From Clostridia bacterium (lineage in GTDB: Bacteria; Bacillota; Clostridia; Oscillospirales; CAG-272): a DNA stretch of 59,110 nucleotides. Position numbers and translations under genes: made by a program. A model generated the notes under the pieces. The model worked only from the letters and a program-made list of their open reading frames with translations. It did not search any database and was not told the DNA's origin. Position 1 is the stretch's first letter. Each line of letters opens with the position of its first letter. Below, piece by piece: positions 35,660 through 47,832 of this stretch. Location of the stretch: NCBI GenBank assembly GCA_024404975.1, contig JAKSPH010000001.1:1-59110 (forward strand), read 5' to 3'.

Positions 35660-36669
35660 GAAAGCGTATCAGAACCTTGTCAAAACCTGTGAAATTTCTG
35701 TCCGCGGCGGCTGTCGGCGGAGGGGAAGAAGGGCGAGGAAACTTCGGAAAATCCTTTGATTTTCTCTGTCCCGACGACAGATTCGGTGAGAAAACTTTCG
35801 AGCGCGCGGAAGGGGAAATGGCGCGGCTGTCGCTCGGCTTCGCCCTCAAAAAAGGCAAAATTCCGCCGGAGGACGTGGGGTGTCTTTTCACGGGCGATTT
35901 GCAGAATCAGTGTGCCGCGACGTCGCTCGGTCTTCTCTCCTTCGGCATTCCGACGGTGGGACTTTACGGCGCGTGTTCGACCTGCACAGAAGCCCTGATC
36001 TGTGCCTCTTTGTGGCTCTGTGAAAGCCCCGAAAACTCAGTCGCGGCGGCAGTCACCTGTTCACACAACAGTGCCGCGGAACGTCAGTTCCGAACCCCCT
36101 TGGAATACGGCGCGCAAAGGGCGCCTACCGCCCAATGGACGGCGACGGCGGCAGGGGCGTTTCTGCTCGGATCTGACGGTGGGGAAGGGATGCCGGAGAT
36201 CCGCGAGATCATGATTGGAAAGGTGGTCGACGGCTGTTCTCCCGACGCTTCGAACATGGGGGCTGCGATGGCTCCCGCCGCGGCGGACAGTATCGTGACT
36301 TATCTCCGTGAGAGCGGTTTTGAACCATCGAAGTTCGATGCGATCGTAACGGGAGATCTCGGAAAGGTCGGCTCTGCGCTCGCGGAAGAACTGTGCTTCA
36401 ACGAGGGGTACGACATCAGCGGAAATCACTTTGACTGCGGGTGTATGCTTTACGATTTTTCAAAACAGGACGTCCACGCGGGGGCATCCGGGTGCGGGTG
36501 TTCCGCCTCCGTCCTCGCCTGTCATTTTCTGCCGGAACTGCAAAAGGGAAAATACCGTGAAATTCTCTTTCTCTCCACGGGTGCGCTGATGAGTCCGACT
36601 TCCGTCATGCAGAAACAGAATATCGCGGGGATCGCTCCCGTTATCAGAATTTGCGGAGGGGAAAAATGA
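35656..36669 (+). CDS. spoVAD: stage V sporulation protein AD
   Basis: MRKRIRTLSKPVKFLSAAAVGGGEEGRGNFGKSFD...TGDLQNQCAATSLG has a thiolase-like fold typical of SpoVAD. ATGA overlap with spoVAC. The start was trimmed from ORF 35335. Confidence 0.9.
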   Translation: MRKRIRTLSKPVKFLSAAAVGGGEEGRGNFGKSFDFLCPDDRFGEKTFERAEGEMARLSLGFALKKGKIPPEDVGCLFTGDLQNQCAATSLGLLSFGIPTVGLYGACSTCTEALICASLWLCESPENSVAAAVTCSHNSAAERQFRTPLEYGAQRAPTAQWTATAAGAFLLGSDGGEGMPEIREIMIGKVVDGCSPDASNMGAAMAPAAADSIVTYLRESGFEPSKFDAIVTGDLGKVGSALAEELCFNEGYDISGNHFDCGCMLYDFSKQDVHAGASGCGCSASVLACHFLPELQKGKYREILFLSTGALMSPTSVMQKQNIAGIAPVIRICGGEK

Positions 36670-37058
36670 GTATTTGTTATGCGTTTGTCATCGGCGGTTT
36701 GCTCTGTGCCGCGGCACAGGTCCTGATCGACCGCACCAATCTGACACCGGCGCGTATTCTCGTACTTTATACGGTGTTGGGAGTTTTTCTCGGCGCGGTG
36801 GGACTTTACCGACCGCTTTTTGATCTCGCCGGATGCGGCGTCAGCGTCCCGATTCTCGGTTTCGGCGGTACGGTAGCCACGGGAGTATCGGAAGCCGTGA
36901 ACGGCGCGGAGAACGGATTTTCGGCGTTCCTCGGCGTGTTCATCTCTCCGCTTTCCGCCGCCGCGGGAGGGATCGGCGCTTCCCTCATCTTCGCGTTTGT
37001 GATCTCTCTTTTATTCAGATCGAAACCCAAACGGATGACCTCCCGCCGTAACAGTTGA
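36666..37058 (+). CDS. spoVAE: stage V sporulation protein AE (SpoVAEb-type)
   Basis: MSICYAFVIGGLLCAAAQVLIDRTNLTPARILVLYTVLGVFLGAVGLY...VPILGFGG. The start overlaps the spoVAD stop. Confidence 0.85.
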   Translation: MSICYAFVIGGLLCAAAQVLIDRTNLTPARILVLYTVLGVFLGAVGLYRPLFDLAGCGVSVPILGFGGTVATGVSEAVNGAENGFSAFLGVFISPLSAAAGGIGASLIFAFVISLLFRSKPKRMTSRRNS

Positions 37059-37065
37059 AAAATTT

Positions 37066-37095
37066 TGCGTTTTCCTTCGGGAGAACGCATTTTTT
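37066..37095 (+). terminator. rho-independent terminator of the spoVA operon
   Basis: TGCGTTTTCC-ttcg-GGAGAACGCA followed by TTTTTT. Confidence 0.85.
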
Positions 37096-37139
37096 ATAAA
37101 AAATAACCTTTTTTGAAGTCCTCTTTTTCGGTAAAACTA

Positions 37140-37168
37140 TTGATTTATTATAATTTATATGATATAAT
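37140..37168 (+). promoter_or_regulatory. sigma-A type promoter of dnaA
   Basis: TTGATT (37140-37145), a 17-nt spacer, then TATAAT (37163-37168), within a very AT-rich 110-bp tract. Confidence 0.6.
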
Positions 37169-37210
37169 AGGTATAGATTATTATATTATTATGCGCGAGG
37201 AGATCCGATC

Positions 37211-38593
37211 ATGGACGAATATCAAAATTTTACAGAGGTTCTCCTGTCACTGATCCGACAGAAAACGAACCTTGCGGAATCGGTTTTCAACCTCTGGTTC
37301 GCGGATCTGAAACTCTTCGGTCTGACAGAGAATAAAGCGGAACTCCGTACACCGACGGCATTGAGAAAGAACATTCTTTCGACGAAATATATCGACGTCA
37401 TCCGCGAGTCGCTGACGGAAACGATCGGTTTCCCGGTCGAGATCGAATTCTCTGTGGAAAACGACAGTTCGCAGAACTTCCCCCCCAACGTGGATCCCGA
37501 TGACATCCCCCATTCGGATCCCGTCAAGAGCGATTTTGAAAAACGTCAGTTCAACACGCTCATCAACGATACGAAGAATTCCACCCTTGACAAATATACC
37601 TTCGACAACTTCATCGTAGGAGAATCCAATAAATTTGCCTGTGCCGCGTGCCTTGCCGTAGCGAAAGAACCGACGGCGTATAACCCGCTTTTCATCTACG
37701 GTCATTCGGGACTCGGTAAAACGCACCTTCTTTACGCGGTCATCAACGAACTGAAAAAGAACCATCCGAAACTCCGCATCGTCTACAAAAAGAGCGAAGA
37801 TTTTATGAACGAGCTGATCGCAAGTCTTTCGGATTCTTCCACGCAGAAGTTCAAGGAGAAATACCGCACCGCAGACGTGCTTCTGATCGACGATATTCAG
37901 TTCATCGCCGGTAAGGAATCCACGCAGGAAGAATTCTTCCATACCTTCTCCACACTCTACGAAGCGGATAAACAGATCATTCTGACGTCCGACCGTCCGC
38001 CGAAGGATATCAAACCTCTTGAGGACAGACTTCGCACGAGATTTGAAGGAGGACTGCTTGCCGACGTGCAGCCGCCGAGCATCGAACTACGCACGGCGAT
38101 CATCCAGAAGAAATGTGAGGAGAATCAACTTGATCTCTCCCCCGAACTCATCGACTATATGGCTTCCCGCCTGCAGAACAATATCCGTCAGATAGAGGGT
38201 GTCATCAAGAAACTTCACGCCACGACTTCCATCACCGGTGAAACGGTGACGAGAGAGAAGGTGGACGAGGTCATTTCCATCATAGATCCCGGTAACGTTC
38301 CGACGTCCGTACTTGTGGAAAAAATTCTCGGCATCGTGGCTTCTAAATTCGGGATCACGCCGGACGATCTGCGTTCCAAGAAAAAGACGGATACGGTGGC
38401 AAAAGCACGTCACGTGGCGATCTACCTTATAAGAAACCTCACGAATATGTCCCTCAATGATATCGGAGATATTTTCTCCCGCGACCATTCGACGGTCATG
38501 TCGAGTATCTCCCGTGTGGAAACCAACATCCGCACCGTGAAAAACTATGAGGCGGAGATCATAGCTTTGAAAAAGCAGATTAAAGCACAGTGA
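37211..38593 (+). CDS. dnaA: chromosomal replication initiator protein DnaA
   Basis: NPLFIYGHSGLGKTHLL (Walker A), LLIDDIQFIAGKESTQEEFFHTF, and the C-terminal DNA-binding domain (KARHVAIYLIRNLTNMSLNDIGDIFSRDHSTVMSS). Confidence 0.97.
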   Translation: MDEYQNFTEVLLSLIRQKTNLAESVFNLWFADLKLFGLTENKAELRTPTALRKNILSTKYIDVIRESLTETIGFPVEIEFSVENDSSQNFPPNVDPDDIPHSDPVKSDFEKRQFNTLINDTKNSTLDKYTFDNFIVGESNKFACAACLAVAKEPTAYNPLFIYGHSGLGKTHLLYAVINELKKNHPKLRIVYKKSEDFMNELIASLSDSSTQKFKEKYRTADVLLIDDIQFIAGKESTQEEFFHTFSTLYEADKQIILTSDRPPKDIKPLEDRLRTRFEGGLLADVQPPSIELRTAIIQKKCEENQLDLSPELIDYMASRLQNNIRQIEGVIKKLHATTSITGETVTREKVDEVISIIDPGNVPTSVLVEKILGIVASKFGITPDDLRSKKKTDTVAKARHVAIYLIRNLTNMSLNDIGDIFSRDHSTVMSSISRVETNIRTVKNYEAEIIALKKQIKAQ

Positions 38594-38926
38594 TTTTCCT
38601 CTTGTGGAAAAGACGTGTAAAACCTTCCTTGAAACCCGTAGATTTCCACATCCCATGTAAAGTGGAAAAATCCGTGTAAAACTCCTTGAATTTTTCACAC
38701 ACTTTATTCACATAAAATTGTGGAGAGAAAAATTTGTTTTTCCCTTGAAAATTCAGAAGAAAACAGACTTTTCCACATTTTCCACAGACTCTACTATTAC
38801 TACTGCTACCTCTACTGATATTATATTACGTTTTTTTCCCTTCGGGGAGAGCGGACAAAAAGATAAACTTTTTTCTCTCTTTGCCGCTTTTTCAAAACCA
38901 AAAAACAAACTGAAAGGTACGAAAAT
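38594..38926 (+). other. oriC: oriC (dnaA-dnaN intergenic origin segment with a DnaA-box array and an unwinding module)
   Basis: DnaA-box-like 9-mers:
- TGTGGAAAA, 38603-38611;
- ATTTCCACA, 38642-38650;
- AGTGGAAAA, 38661-38669;
- TTTTTCACA, 38691-38699;
- TTATTCACA, 38704-38712;
- TGTGGAGAG, 38719-38727;
- an abutting pair of TTTTCCACA, 38769-38777 and 38778-38786.
A triplet array and an AT-rich stretch follow. Confidence 0.85.
38791..38829 (+). repeat. DnaA-trio-like trinucleotide array
   Basis: CTA CTA TTA CTA CTG CTA CCT CTA CTG ATA TTA TAT TAC begins 4 nt after the tandem DnaA boxes. The complementary strand reads TAG/TAA repeats, i.e. 3'-GAT/AAT-5'. Confidence 0.7.
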
Positions 38927-40078
38927 ATGAAATTCACAGTTGATAAGAATGCGTTTCTCGAACAACTGATCCCTGCGATGGGTACCGTTTCCAACAAGAA
39001 TACCATTTCTTCCATTGAAGGCGTTCTGATCGAAACACTCGACGACGAGTCCGTTCAGATCTCCACCTACGACATGAATAAGGGCGTCAGAGCCGTCATT
39101 CACGGTGTTACCGTAGATGAACCCGGTTCCAATATCATCAACGCGCAAAGACTGTTCTCCGTCGTCAGAGTTATGCCCGACGACGATATGACGATCGAAG
39201 TCAACGACAAATTCATCACTTCTCTTTCCTGCGGCAAATCCGAATTCTCCATGGTCGCGCTCCCCGGTTCCGATTTCCCGAATCTGCCCGACCTCATTTC
39301 CGACAGAGGATTTTCCGTCAGCGCGGAAGTGCTGCGCAAACTTATCGGCAAAGTGTCTCACTCCGTTGCGGAGGCGGATAACAGACCGATGCTCTGCGGC
39401 GCCTTCTTCAAAGTAAATAAAGAAGGAATTGAAGTGGTTTCCACTGACTCCTTTATCCTTTCCAAAGTAAGACAGAACTGCGAGATCGAAAAACTCGGTA
39501 TCGAGGAAGCGGATCAGCTCTCCTTTATCATCCCCGGCCACGCGCTCGGCGAACTCACCAAGATCCTCTCCAACCTCGAAGATCAGAAAGTAGCGTTCTA
39601 TCTGTCGAGAAAACACGCCATCATCAAGGGGGAGAATATCACCTTCTTTACGAGAACGATCGACTCCGAATACCTCGATTATAACAGAGTGATCCCCCGC
39701 AACAACGATATCGTCATTGAAGTTGACAGAGAGAGATTTCTCTCCGGTCTTGACCGCGCGAACATCATCGCGGAAGAAAAGATTCAGGGATCGGGCAAGA
39801 GTTACGTAAAACTTCACGTCGGCGAACAGACGCTGACTATGACTTCCGTTTCCGTGAACGGTAAAGTTTCCGATGAAATGGATATCGTGCATGAAGGCGG
39901 AGATATTGATATCGGTTTCAACTGCCGTTATCTCATGAACTCCGTCAAGGTCGCGGAGGGCGAAGCCATCCGTATGTCGATGAAAGCACCCACTCAGGCA
40001 GTCGTGATCGAGCCTGTGGAAAAAGACGAAGATTTCGATTATCTCTACATGGTTCTCCCCGTCAGAATGAACGGTTGA
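38927..40078 (+). CDS. dnaN: DNA polymerase III beta sliding clamp
   Basis: MKFTVDKNAFLEQLIPAMGTVSNKNTISSIEGVLIE is a canonical DnaN N-terminus. The position is canonical and the length is 383 aa. Confidence 0.95.
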   Translation: MKFTVDKNAFLEQLIPAMGTVSNKNTISSIEGVLIETLDDESVQISTYDMNKGVRAVIHGVTVDEPGSNIINAQRLFSVVRVMPDDDMTIEVNDKFITSLSCGKSEFSMVALPGSDFPNLPDLISDRGFSVSAEVLRKLIGKVSHSVAEADNRPMLCGAFFKVNKEGIEVVSTDSFILSKVRQNCEIEKLGIEEADQLSFIIPGHALGELTKILSNLEDQKVAFYLSRKHAIIKGENITFFTRTIDSEYLDYNRVIPRNNDIVIEVDRERFLSGLDRANIIAEEKIQGSGKSYVKLHVGEQTLTMTSVSVNGKVSDEMDIVHEGGDIDIGFNCRYLMNSVKVAEGEAIRMSMKAPTQAVVIEPVEKDEDFDYLYMVLPVRMNG

Positions 40079-40105
40079 GCCGGAAGAAATCAAACAGTAT
40101 AAATT

Positions 40106-41189
40106 ATGGTACTTACCGGATTTTTCTGTGAGAATTTCAGAAACATAGAAAAAGCGGATCTGACTTTTGACGAAGGCGTCAATTTATTCTGCGGCAACAA
40201 CGCGCAGGGAAAGACCAACGCGGTGGAAGGTATCTATCTTTTCGCGAGAGGAAAATCTTTCCGCGGTGCTTCGGATAAAGATATGACGCGCTTCGGCGAA
40301 AAGGGATTCCGGTTGAAAATCACGTATCGGGACAAATCGGGCGATCACTCGCTCGAATACGCCTGTTTCGGAAACGAGCGCAGACGTATGAAAGACGGTT
40401 ACCGTTTGGAAAAGATCACCGAGATGATCGGAAATTTCCGTGCGGTACTGTTCACTCCGGACGATCTCTCCATGATCAAAGACGGCCCCGAAATGAGAAG
40501 AAATTTTCTGAACGTTGCCATCTCACAGTGTTACCCGATATACGTCAGACGTTTTTCCGCCTTCAAGCATGCGCTCGAAGAAAGAAACTGCGTTCTGAAA
40601 ACGGCAAACAAAGGATTTTTCCTTGATCAGAACGAGATTTTCGCGTGGTCGAAAACACTTTCGGAATACGCGGCGGATCTCTATTTGTTACGAAAACAGT
40701 ATATAGAAAAACTCTCGGTTTCGGCTTGCCGGCTCCTCTCTGTGATGACGGGCGGAAAAGACGAACTGTCTTTATCTTTCAAATCGGATATTTCTCCCGA
40801 AACGTTCGATAAAGAAAGTATAAAAGAGTGTTATTATCGTAAATTCACATCCGGGATCGACAGAGAGATCGCGGTGGGGACGACGCTTTTCGGCCCTTCT
40901 CACGACGATATGGAGATCACGGTGAACGGCATCAGTGCGAGAAACTTTGCGTCCCAGGGACAGCAGCGTTCCGCCGTACTTGCCATCAAATGTGCCGAAG
41001 GCGAAGTCATTCGCGAGATCTGCGGAGAATATCCCGTATTTCTCTTTGACGACGTGTTGTCCGAACTCGATGAGGGACGGAAAAAATACGTGCTTTCGGG
41101 CATGGAACAAAAACAGATCTTAATGACATCCTGTGAAACGGATGCGATAAGAAATACCGAACAAACCATCAGAGTCGAAGGAGGACGTT

Positions 41190-41209
<20 letters not shown>
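40106..41209 (+). CDS. recF: DNA replication and repair protein RecF
   Basis: FRNIEKADLTFDEGVNLFCGNNAQGKTNAVEGIY (Walker A) and FASQGQQRSAVLAIK...FLFDDVLSELD (signature and Walker B). Confidence 0.95.
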
Positions 41210-43452
<2,243 letters not shown>

Positions 43453-43468
43453 TTAGGAGAAAAGAAAA

Positions 43469-46102
43469 ATGGCACATAACAGAGATTATAAACCCGAAGA
43501 AATCGAATTTCCCAATCAGATCATTACGGAATCCGATCTTGTCGGCGAAATGAAGAAAAGTTATATAGACTATGCGATGAGTGTCATCGTCGGACGTGCG
43601 CTGCCCGACGTAAGAGACGGTCTGAAACCCGTACACCGCCGTATCCTCTATGCGATGTATGAAGATAACCTCACTTCCGATAAACCCTTCAAAAAATCCG
43701 CGACCTGCGTCGGTGACGTTCTCGGTAGATACCATCCGCACGGCGATGCTTCCGTTTACGATGCCCTCGTCCGTCTGGCACAGGATTTCTCCCTCCGTTA
43801 CTGTCTTGTAGAAGGTCACGGTAACTTCGGTTCCGTCGACGGTGACCCTGCCGCCGCTTACCGTTATACCGAAGCCCGCCTCTCCAAGATCTCCAACGAA
43901 ATGCTCCGCGACATTGACAAGGAAACCGTCGATTGGGATCCCAACTTCGACGAGTCGAGAAAAGAGCCGAGAGTTCTTCCTTCGAGATTCCCCAACCTTC
44001 TTGTCAACGGTTCGTCGGGTATCGCCGTAGGTATGGCGACCAACATCCCCCCTCACAACCTCCGTGAAGTCATCAATGCCTGCATTCTGGTTCTTGATAA
44101 CCCCGAAGCAACGCTCGACGACCTTCTCACCTGCGTTCCCGGTCCCGACTTCCCCACCAAGGGTATCATTATGGGACGTTCCGGCATCCGTCAGGCGTAT
44201 GAAACCGGCAGAGGACGTGTCGTCGTCCGCGCGAGAACGCATTTTGAGGAATACGGAAAAGAAAAGAGAACGAGAATCATCGTTACCGAACTTCCGTATC
44301 AGGTCAATAAGCGTCAGCTGATCAAGAACATCGCGGATCAGGTCAAGGAAAAACGTCTCGAAGATATTTCCGACCTTCGTGAAGAGTCCGACAGAAACGG
44401 TATGCGTATCGTAATCGAGTTGAAGAAGGATGCCAACGCACAGGTCGTCCTCAACAAACTCTTTACGCAGACCGAACTTCAGTCCTCCTTCTCCATCAAT
44501 ATGCTGGCTCTCGTTGAGAATCAGACACAGCCGAAAATTCTTTCTTTGCGCCATATTCTCGACGAATATCTCGCGTTCCAGAAAGATATAATTACAAGAA
44601 GAACAAAGTTCGACCTCCGCAAAGCGCGTGAGAGAGAACACCTCCTGCAAGGTCTTCTGATCGCACAGGACAACATTGATGAAGTTATCGCCATCATCCG
44701 TTCTTCCTACGACAACGCAAAAGACAGATTGATGGAGAGATTCGGACTTGACGACGTACAGTCTCAGGCGATCCTCGATATGCGACTCAAAGCACTTCAG
44801 GGACTTGACCGTGAGAAACTGCAAGCCGAGTTTGATGCTCTCGAAGAGAAGATCAAGTGGTTCATCTCCCTTCTCGAAGACGAAAATCTCATGAAGGAAG
44901 AACTCAAGAAAGAACTTTCCGAGATTGCCGACAAGTTCGGTGACGACAGAAAGACCGAGATCGCGGAAGTGGAAGAAGAGATTGATCTCGAAGATCTTAT
45001 CGAGCGCCACACCTGCGTGATCACCATGACGCATACCGGTTACATCAAACGTCAGAGAGCCGACACTTACACCGCGCAGAACAGAGGCGGTAAGGGTATC
45101 GTCGGTATGACGACCAAAGAGGATGATTACGTCGAAAAAGTACTCGTCGCCAACAGCCATTCCTTCATTCTGTTCTTCACCAACCGCGGTAAAGTCTACA
45201 TGAAGAAGGCATACAGAATTCCCGAAGCGTCGAGAACCGCAAAGGGAACCAACCTCGTGAACATTCTCGAACTTGAAAAAGATGAGAAAGTTACCGCGAT
45301 TCTCTCCGTTCTCGGATTTGCCGAGGGCGAATACCTCACCATGGTTACGAGAAAAGGTGTCATCAAGAGAACGAAACTCACCGAATTCTCCTATCAGAGA
45401 AAGGGCGGTAAGATCGCGATCCGTCTTGACGAAGGCGACAGTCTTCTGTTCGTCCGCCACACCAAGGGTGAAGAAAGCCTTATTCTCGCCTCCAAGGGCG
45501 GTATGGCAGTCCGCTTTGACGAAAACAACGTCAGATGCATGGGCAGAACAGCAAGAGGTGTGCGTGGCATGACGCTCGGCGAAGGCGATGAGATCATCGG
45601 CGTTGCCCTTGTCGATCAGGAAAAGACACTTCTCACCGTTTCCGAATTCGGTCTCGGTAAACGCTCCGCGTTCGACGAGTTCCGTGAAATGAAGAACAGA
45701 GGCGGTAAGGGTGTTACCGCACAGAAACTCACCGAGAAATCCGGTAACCTCGCCGCGATCGCTACCGTCAGCGAGGACGACGATATCATGTTGATCACCA
45801 ACGACGGTACCATCATCCGTACGCCCGTTTCCGGCATCAACGTATATTCGAGAGCCGCCGCCGGCGTTATCGTGATGCGTCTTGACGAGGGTTGCTCCAT
45901 CATCAATATGGCGCGTGTCGAAAAGGAAGAAGAGATCGAGGAAGAAGCCGAAGCCGTTGAGGAAGAGGCAAAGAACACCGTGATCCTGTCCGAAAACGAC
46001 GCGGAGAACGCACCCGAAGTTTCCGAAGCGGCAGCCGAAGAGCCTGCTGACGAAGAACCCGCCGGGGAAGAATCTTCCGAAGAAGCCAAAGACGAAGAAT
46101 GA
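43469..46102 (+). CDS. gyrA: DNA gyrase subunit A (with an acidic C-terminal tail)
   Basis: [50 protein letters not shown], the catalytic region [11 protein letters not shown], and beta-pinwheel repeats. The last roughly 60 aa are E/A/D-rich. Confidence 0.97.
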   Translation: MAHNRDYKPEEIEFPNQIITESDLVGEMKKSYIDYAMSVIVGRALPDVRDGLKPVHRRILYAMYEDNLTSDKPFKKSATCVGDVLGRYHPHGDASVYDALVRLAQDFSLRYCLVEGHGNFGSVDGDPAAAYRYTEARLSKISNEMLRDIDKETVDWDPNFDESRKEPRVLPSRFPNLLVNGSSGIAVGMATNIPPHNLREVINACILVLDNPEATLDDLLTCVPGPDFPTKGIIMGRSGIRQAYETGRGRVVVRARTHFEEYGKEKRTRIIVTELPYQVNKRQLIKNIADQVKEKRLEDISDLREESDRNGMRIVIELKKDANAQVVLNKLFTQTELQSSFSINMLALVENQTQPKILSLRHILDEYLAFQKDIITRRTKFDLRKAREREHLLQGLLIAQDNIDEVIAIIRSSYDNAKDRLMERFGLDDVQSQAILDMRLKALQGLDREKLQAEFDALEEKIKWFISLLEDENLMKEELKKELSEIADKFGDDRKTEIAEVEEEIDLEDLIERHTCVITMTHTGYIKRQRADTYTAQNRGGKGIVGMTTKEDDYVEKVLVANSHSFILFFTNRGKVYMKKAYRIPEASRTAKGTNLVNILELEKDEKVTAILSVLGFAEGEYLTMVTRKGVIKRTKLTEFSYQRKGGKIAIRLDEGDSLLFVRHTKGEESLILASKGGMAVRFDENNVRCMGRTARGVRGMTLGEGDEIIGVALVDQEKTLLTVSEFGLGKRSAFDEFREMKNRGGKGVTAQKLTEKSGNLAAIATVSEDDDIMLITNDGTIIRTPVSGINVYSRAAAGVIVMRLDEGCSIINMARVEKEEEIEEEAEAVEEEAKNTVILSENDAENAPEVSEAAAEEPADEEPAGEESSEEAKDEE

Positions 46103-46743
46103 AACTTAAACTTCTGACCGTTCTGCTCCTGCTTGTCATGATTTTCTCCATGGCGGCAGGCTGCGGAAAAGAGAAAAACAATACGATCCCCGACAGAACC
46201 TACGATGAAGGGGAAATTCTTGCGGCGGCGACGGATCTGATCCCGAAAACCGCGGTCTTCAACTTCATTTTCTGGGGGGAGGGAATTCCCGCGGCGGAGG
46301 AACCTTTCACCTTCGGAAAGTACGCCGAGGCAGACGGCACGTGGCTGGAAGAACACGGATTTGTTTCCGTTTCGGACGTCAGGGAAAAGGCGGGAGAAGT
46401 TTTTTCCGCCTCCATGATGCGTTGGATAGAGAACACCGTCCTCACGGGAGTCCAAGCCGAGAACGGCTACGTCAGTATCGCACGATACCTCGATTACGAA
46501 ACCGAAGGATCTTCGTATTTTATGGTGAATCCCGACGCGAAAGTTTACGTGACGGACTCCACGGAATACGATCTTGATTCCCTGCAGGTTCTGGGTTCCA
46601 AAGGCGAGACCGTAAAGGTCAGACTCGATTGTACGGTCACGGACAAAGAATCCGGCGAAAAAAAGACGGTTTCCCTCACAGTGAATCTGTTTGAAGAAGA
46701 AGCCGGATGGCGTATCGACTCCACCACCTACCAATCCTATTAA
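46099..46743 (+). CDS. hypothetical lipoprotein
   Basis: [26 protein letters not shown] is a signal peptide with lipobox MAAGC. The start overlaps the gyrA stop (ATGA). Confidence 0.65.
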   Translation: MKLKLLTVLLLLVMIFSMAAGCGKEKNNTIPDRTYDEGEILAAATDLIPKTAVFNFIFWGEGIPAAEEPFTFGKYAEADGTWLEEHGFVSVSDVREKAGEVFSASMMRWIENTVLTGVQAENGYVSIARYLDYETEGSSYFMVNPDAKVYVTDSTEYDLDSLQVLGSKGETVKVRLDCTVTDKESGEKKTVSLTVNLFEEEAGWRIDSTTYQSY

Positions 46744-46782
46744 TTCAAAAACAAAAATCATACATAAAGAGAGGATTTTCAG

Positions 46783-47310
46783 ATGACTTTCAGTGAGAAA
46801 CTCGTGAAACTCAGAAAAATGAAAGGACTTACGCAGGACGAATTTGCAAGTGCGGTCGGCGTTTCCCGCCAGGCAGTTTACAAATGGGAATGCGGTCAGT
46901 CTTATCCCGAAGCCATGAAACTTGTGGAAATCAAAATGCTCTTCAACATCTCGATTGACGACCTTCTCGACGACACCTATGAAGTGATCGTTCCCGAAAA
47001 GAAGAAGAGAAAGAGAATTTCCAAAGAAGAGGCAGCCGCCGTCAAGACTGCCGTGGAAGAGGAAACCAACGTTCCTGTGGAAGAACCCAAAGCGGAAGAA
47101 CCCAAGGAAGACGTCAAAGAAGAACCCAAAGAGGAACCGAAGGCGGAAGAACCCGTAGCCGAGGAACCCAAAGAAGAGGTTAAGGAAGAAGCCCCTGCGG
47201 TCGAAGAAAAGGCAGAAGAAAAAGCCGAAGCCCCCACGGAAGAGAAACCCGCAGAACCTCAGAAACCCGAAAGAGTCAGCCTGTTTGAAAGACTCTTCGG
47301 CAGAAAATAA
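46783..47310 (+). CDS. XRE-family HTH transcriptional regulator with a low-complexity (E/P/K) C-terminal tail
   Basis: LVKLRKMKGLTQDEFASAVGVSRQAVYKWECGQSYPEAMKLVEIKMLFNISIDDLL is a Cro/C1 HTH. The tail contains EEPK-type repeats. Confidence 0.8.
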   Translation: MTFSEKLVKLRKMKGLTQDEFASAVGVSRQAVYKWECGQSYPEAMKLVEIKMLFNISIDDLLDDTYEVIVPEKKKRKRISKEEAAAVKTAVEEETNVPVEEPKAEEPKEDVKEEPKEEPKAEEPVAEEPKEEVKEEAPAVEEKAEEKAEAPTEEKPAEPQKPERVSLFERLFGRK

Positions 47311-47512
47311 TCGACATTTTGTAAAGAAATATTTGATTTTTTCGACATAAAACGATCAAAAACGGTCGAACAGAGAAGTTTTCTGTCCGATATGCCTGTC
47401 TACGCGATTTTTGATTTTCCTGCATAAAATCCCGAAAAAGCGCCGATTCTTGCTGTGAGAAGTTAAGACTCTTTGCGCAAATTGCAAAGAATTGTTAGAA
47501 CGGGGGCGCATC

Positions 47513-47788
47513 GTGAAAGGGTATCAAAGACGCATATTTTGTGTGAACGATCCGGAGAGCGGGATCTTCGATACGGCATATTTCATTTTGAAAGACAATC
47601 CCGCGGACTTGCCGCCGCGGACCGTATTGGAAGAAGCCATGCGTATCGCGAGGACCGTCGGGGAAAATACTCCCCTGCGGCGACGGAAAAGAGTGTTTCT
47701 CTCCTACGTTCTCACGTTTCTCGGCGGTGTCATCTCCGCCATCCTCATTTTTGCCGTTTTCGGTCTGTTTGCTTTGTTAAAACGATAG
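47513..47788 (+). CDS. small hypothetical protein with a C-terminal TM anchor
   Basis: VKGYQRRIFCVNDPESGIFDTAYFILKDNP...FLSYVLTFLGGVISAILIFAVFGLFALLKR. GTG 47513 is preceded by GGGGG. It ends in TAG (47786-47788). The alternative start is TTG 47492. Confidence 0.5.
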   Translation: MKGYQRRIFCVNDPESGIFDTAYFILKDNPADLPPRTVLEEAMRIARTVGENTPLRRRKRVFLSYVLTFLGGVISAILIFAVFGLFALLKR

Positions 47789-47832
47789 GGGTGCCGTAAG
47801 AAGCACCCCGCAATTACAGAAAGAATAATTCT

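Noticed and set aside
37096-37210. A DnaA-box cluster or second oriC half upstream of dnaA.
   Set aside because: The tract is extremely AT-rich and contains a good promoter. It has no 9-mer containing CCACA or TGTGG, so no DnaA boxes can be claimed there.
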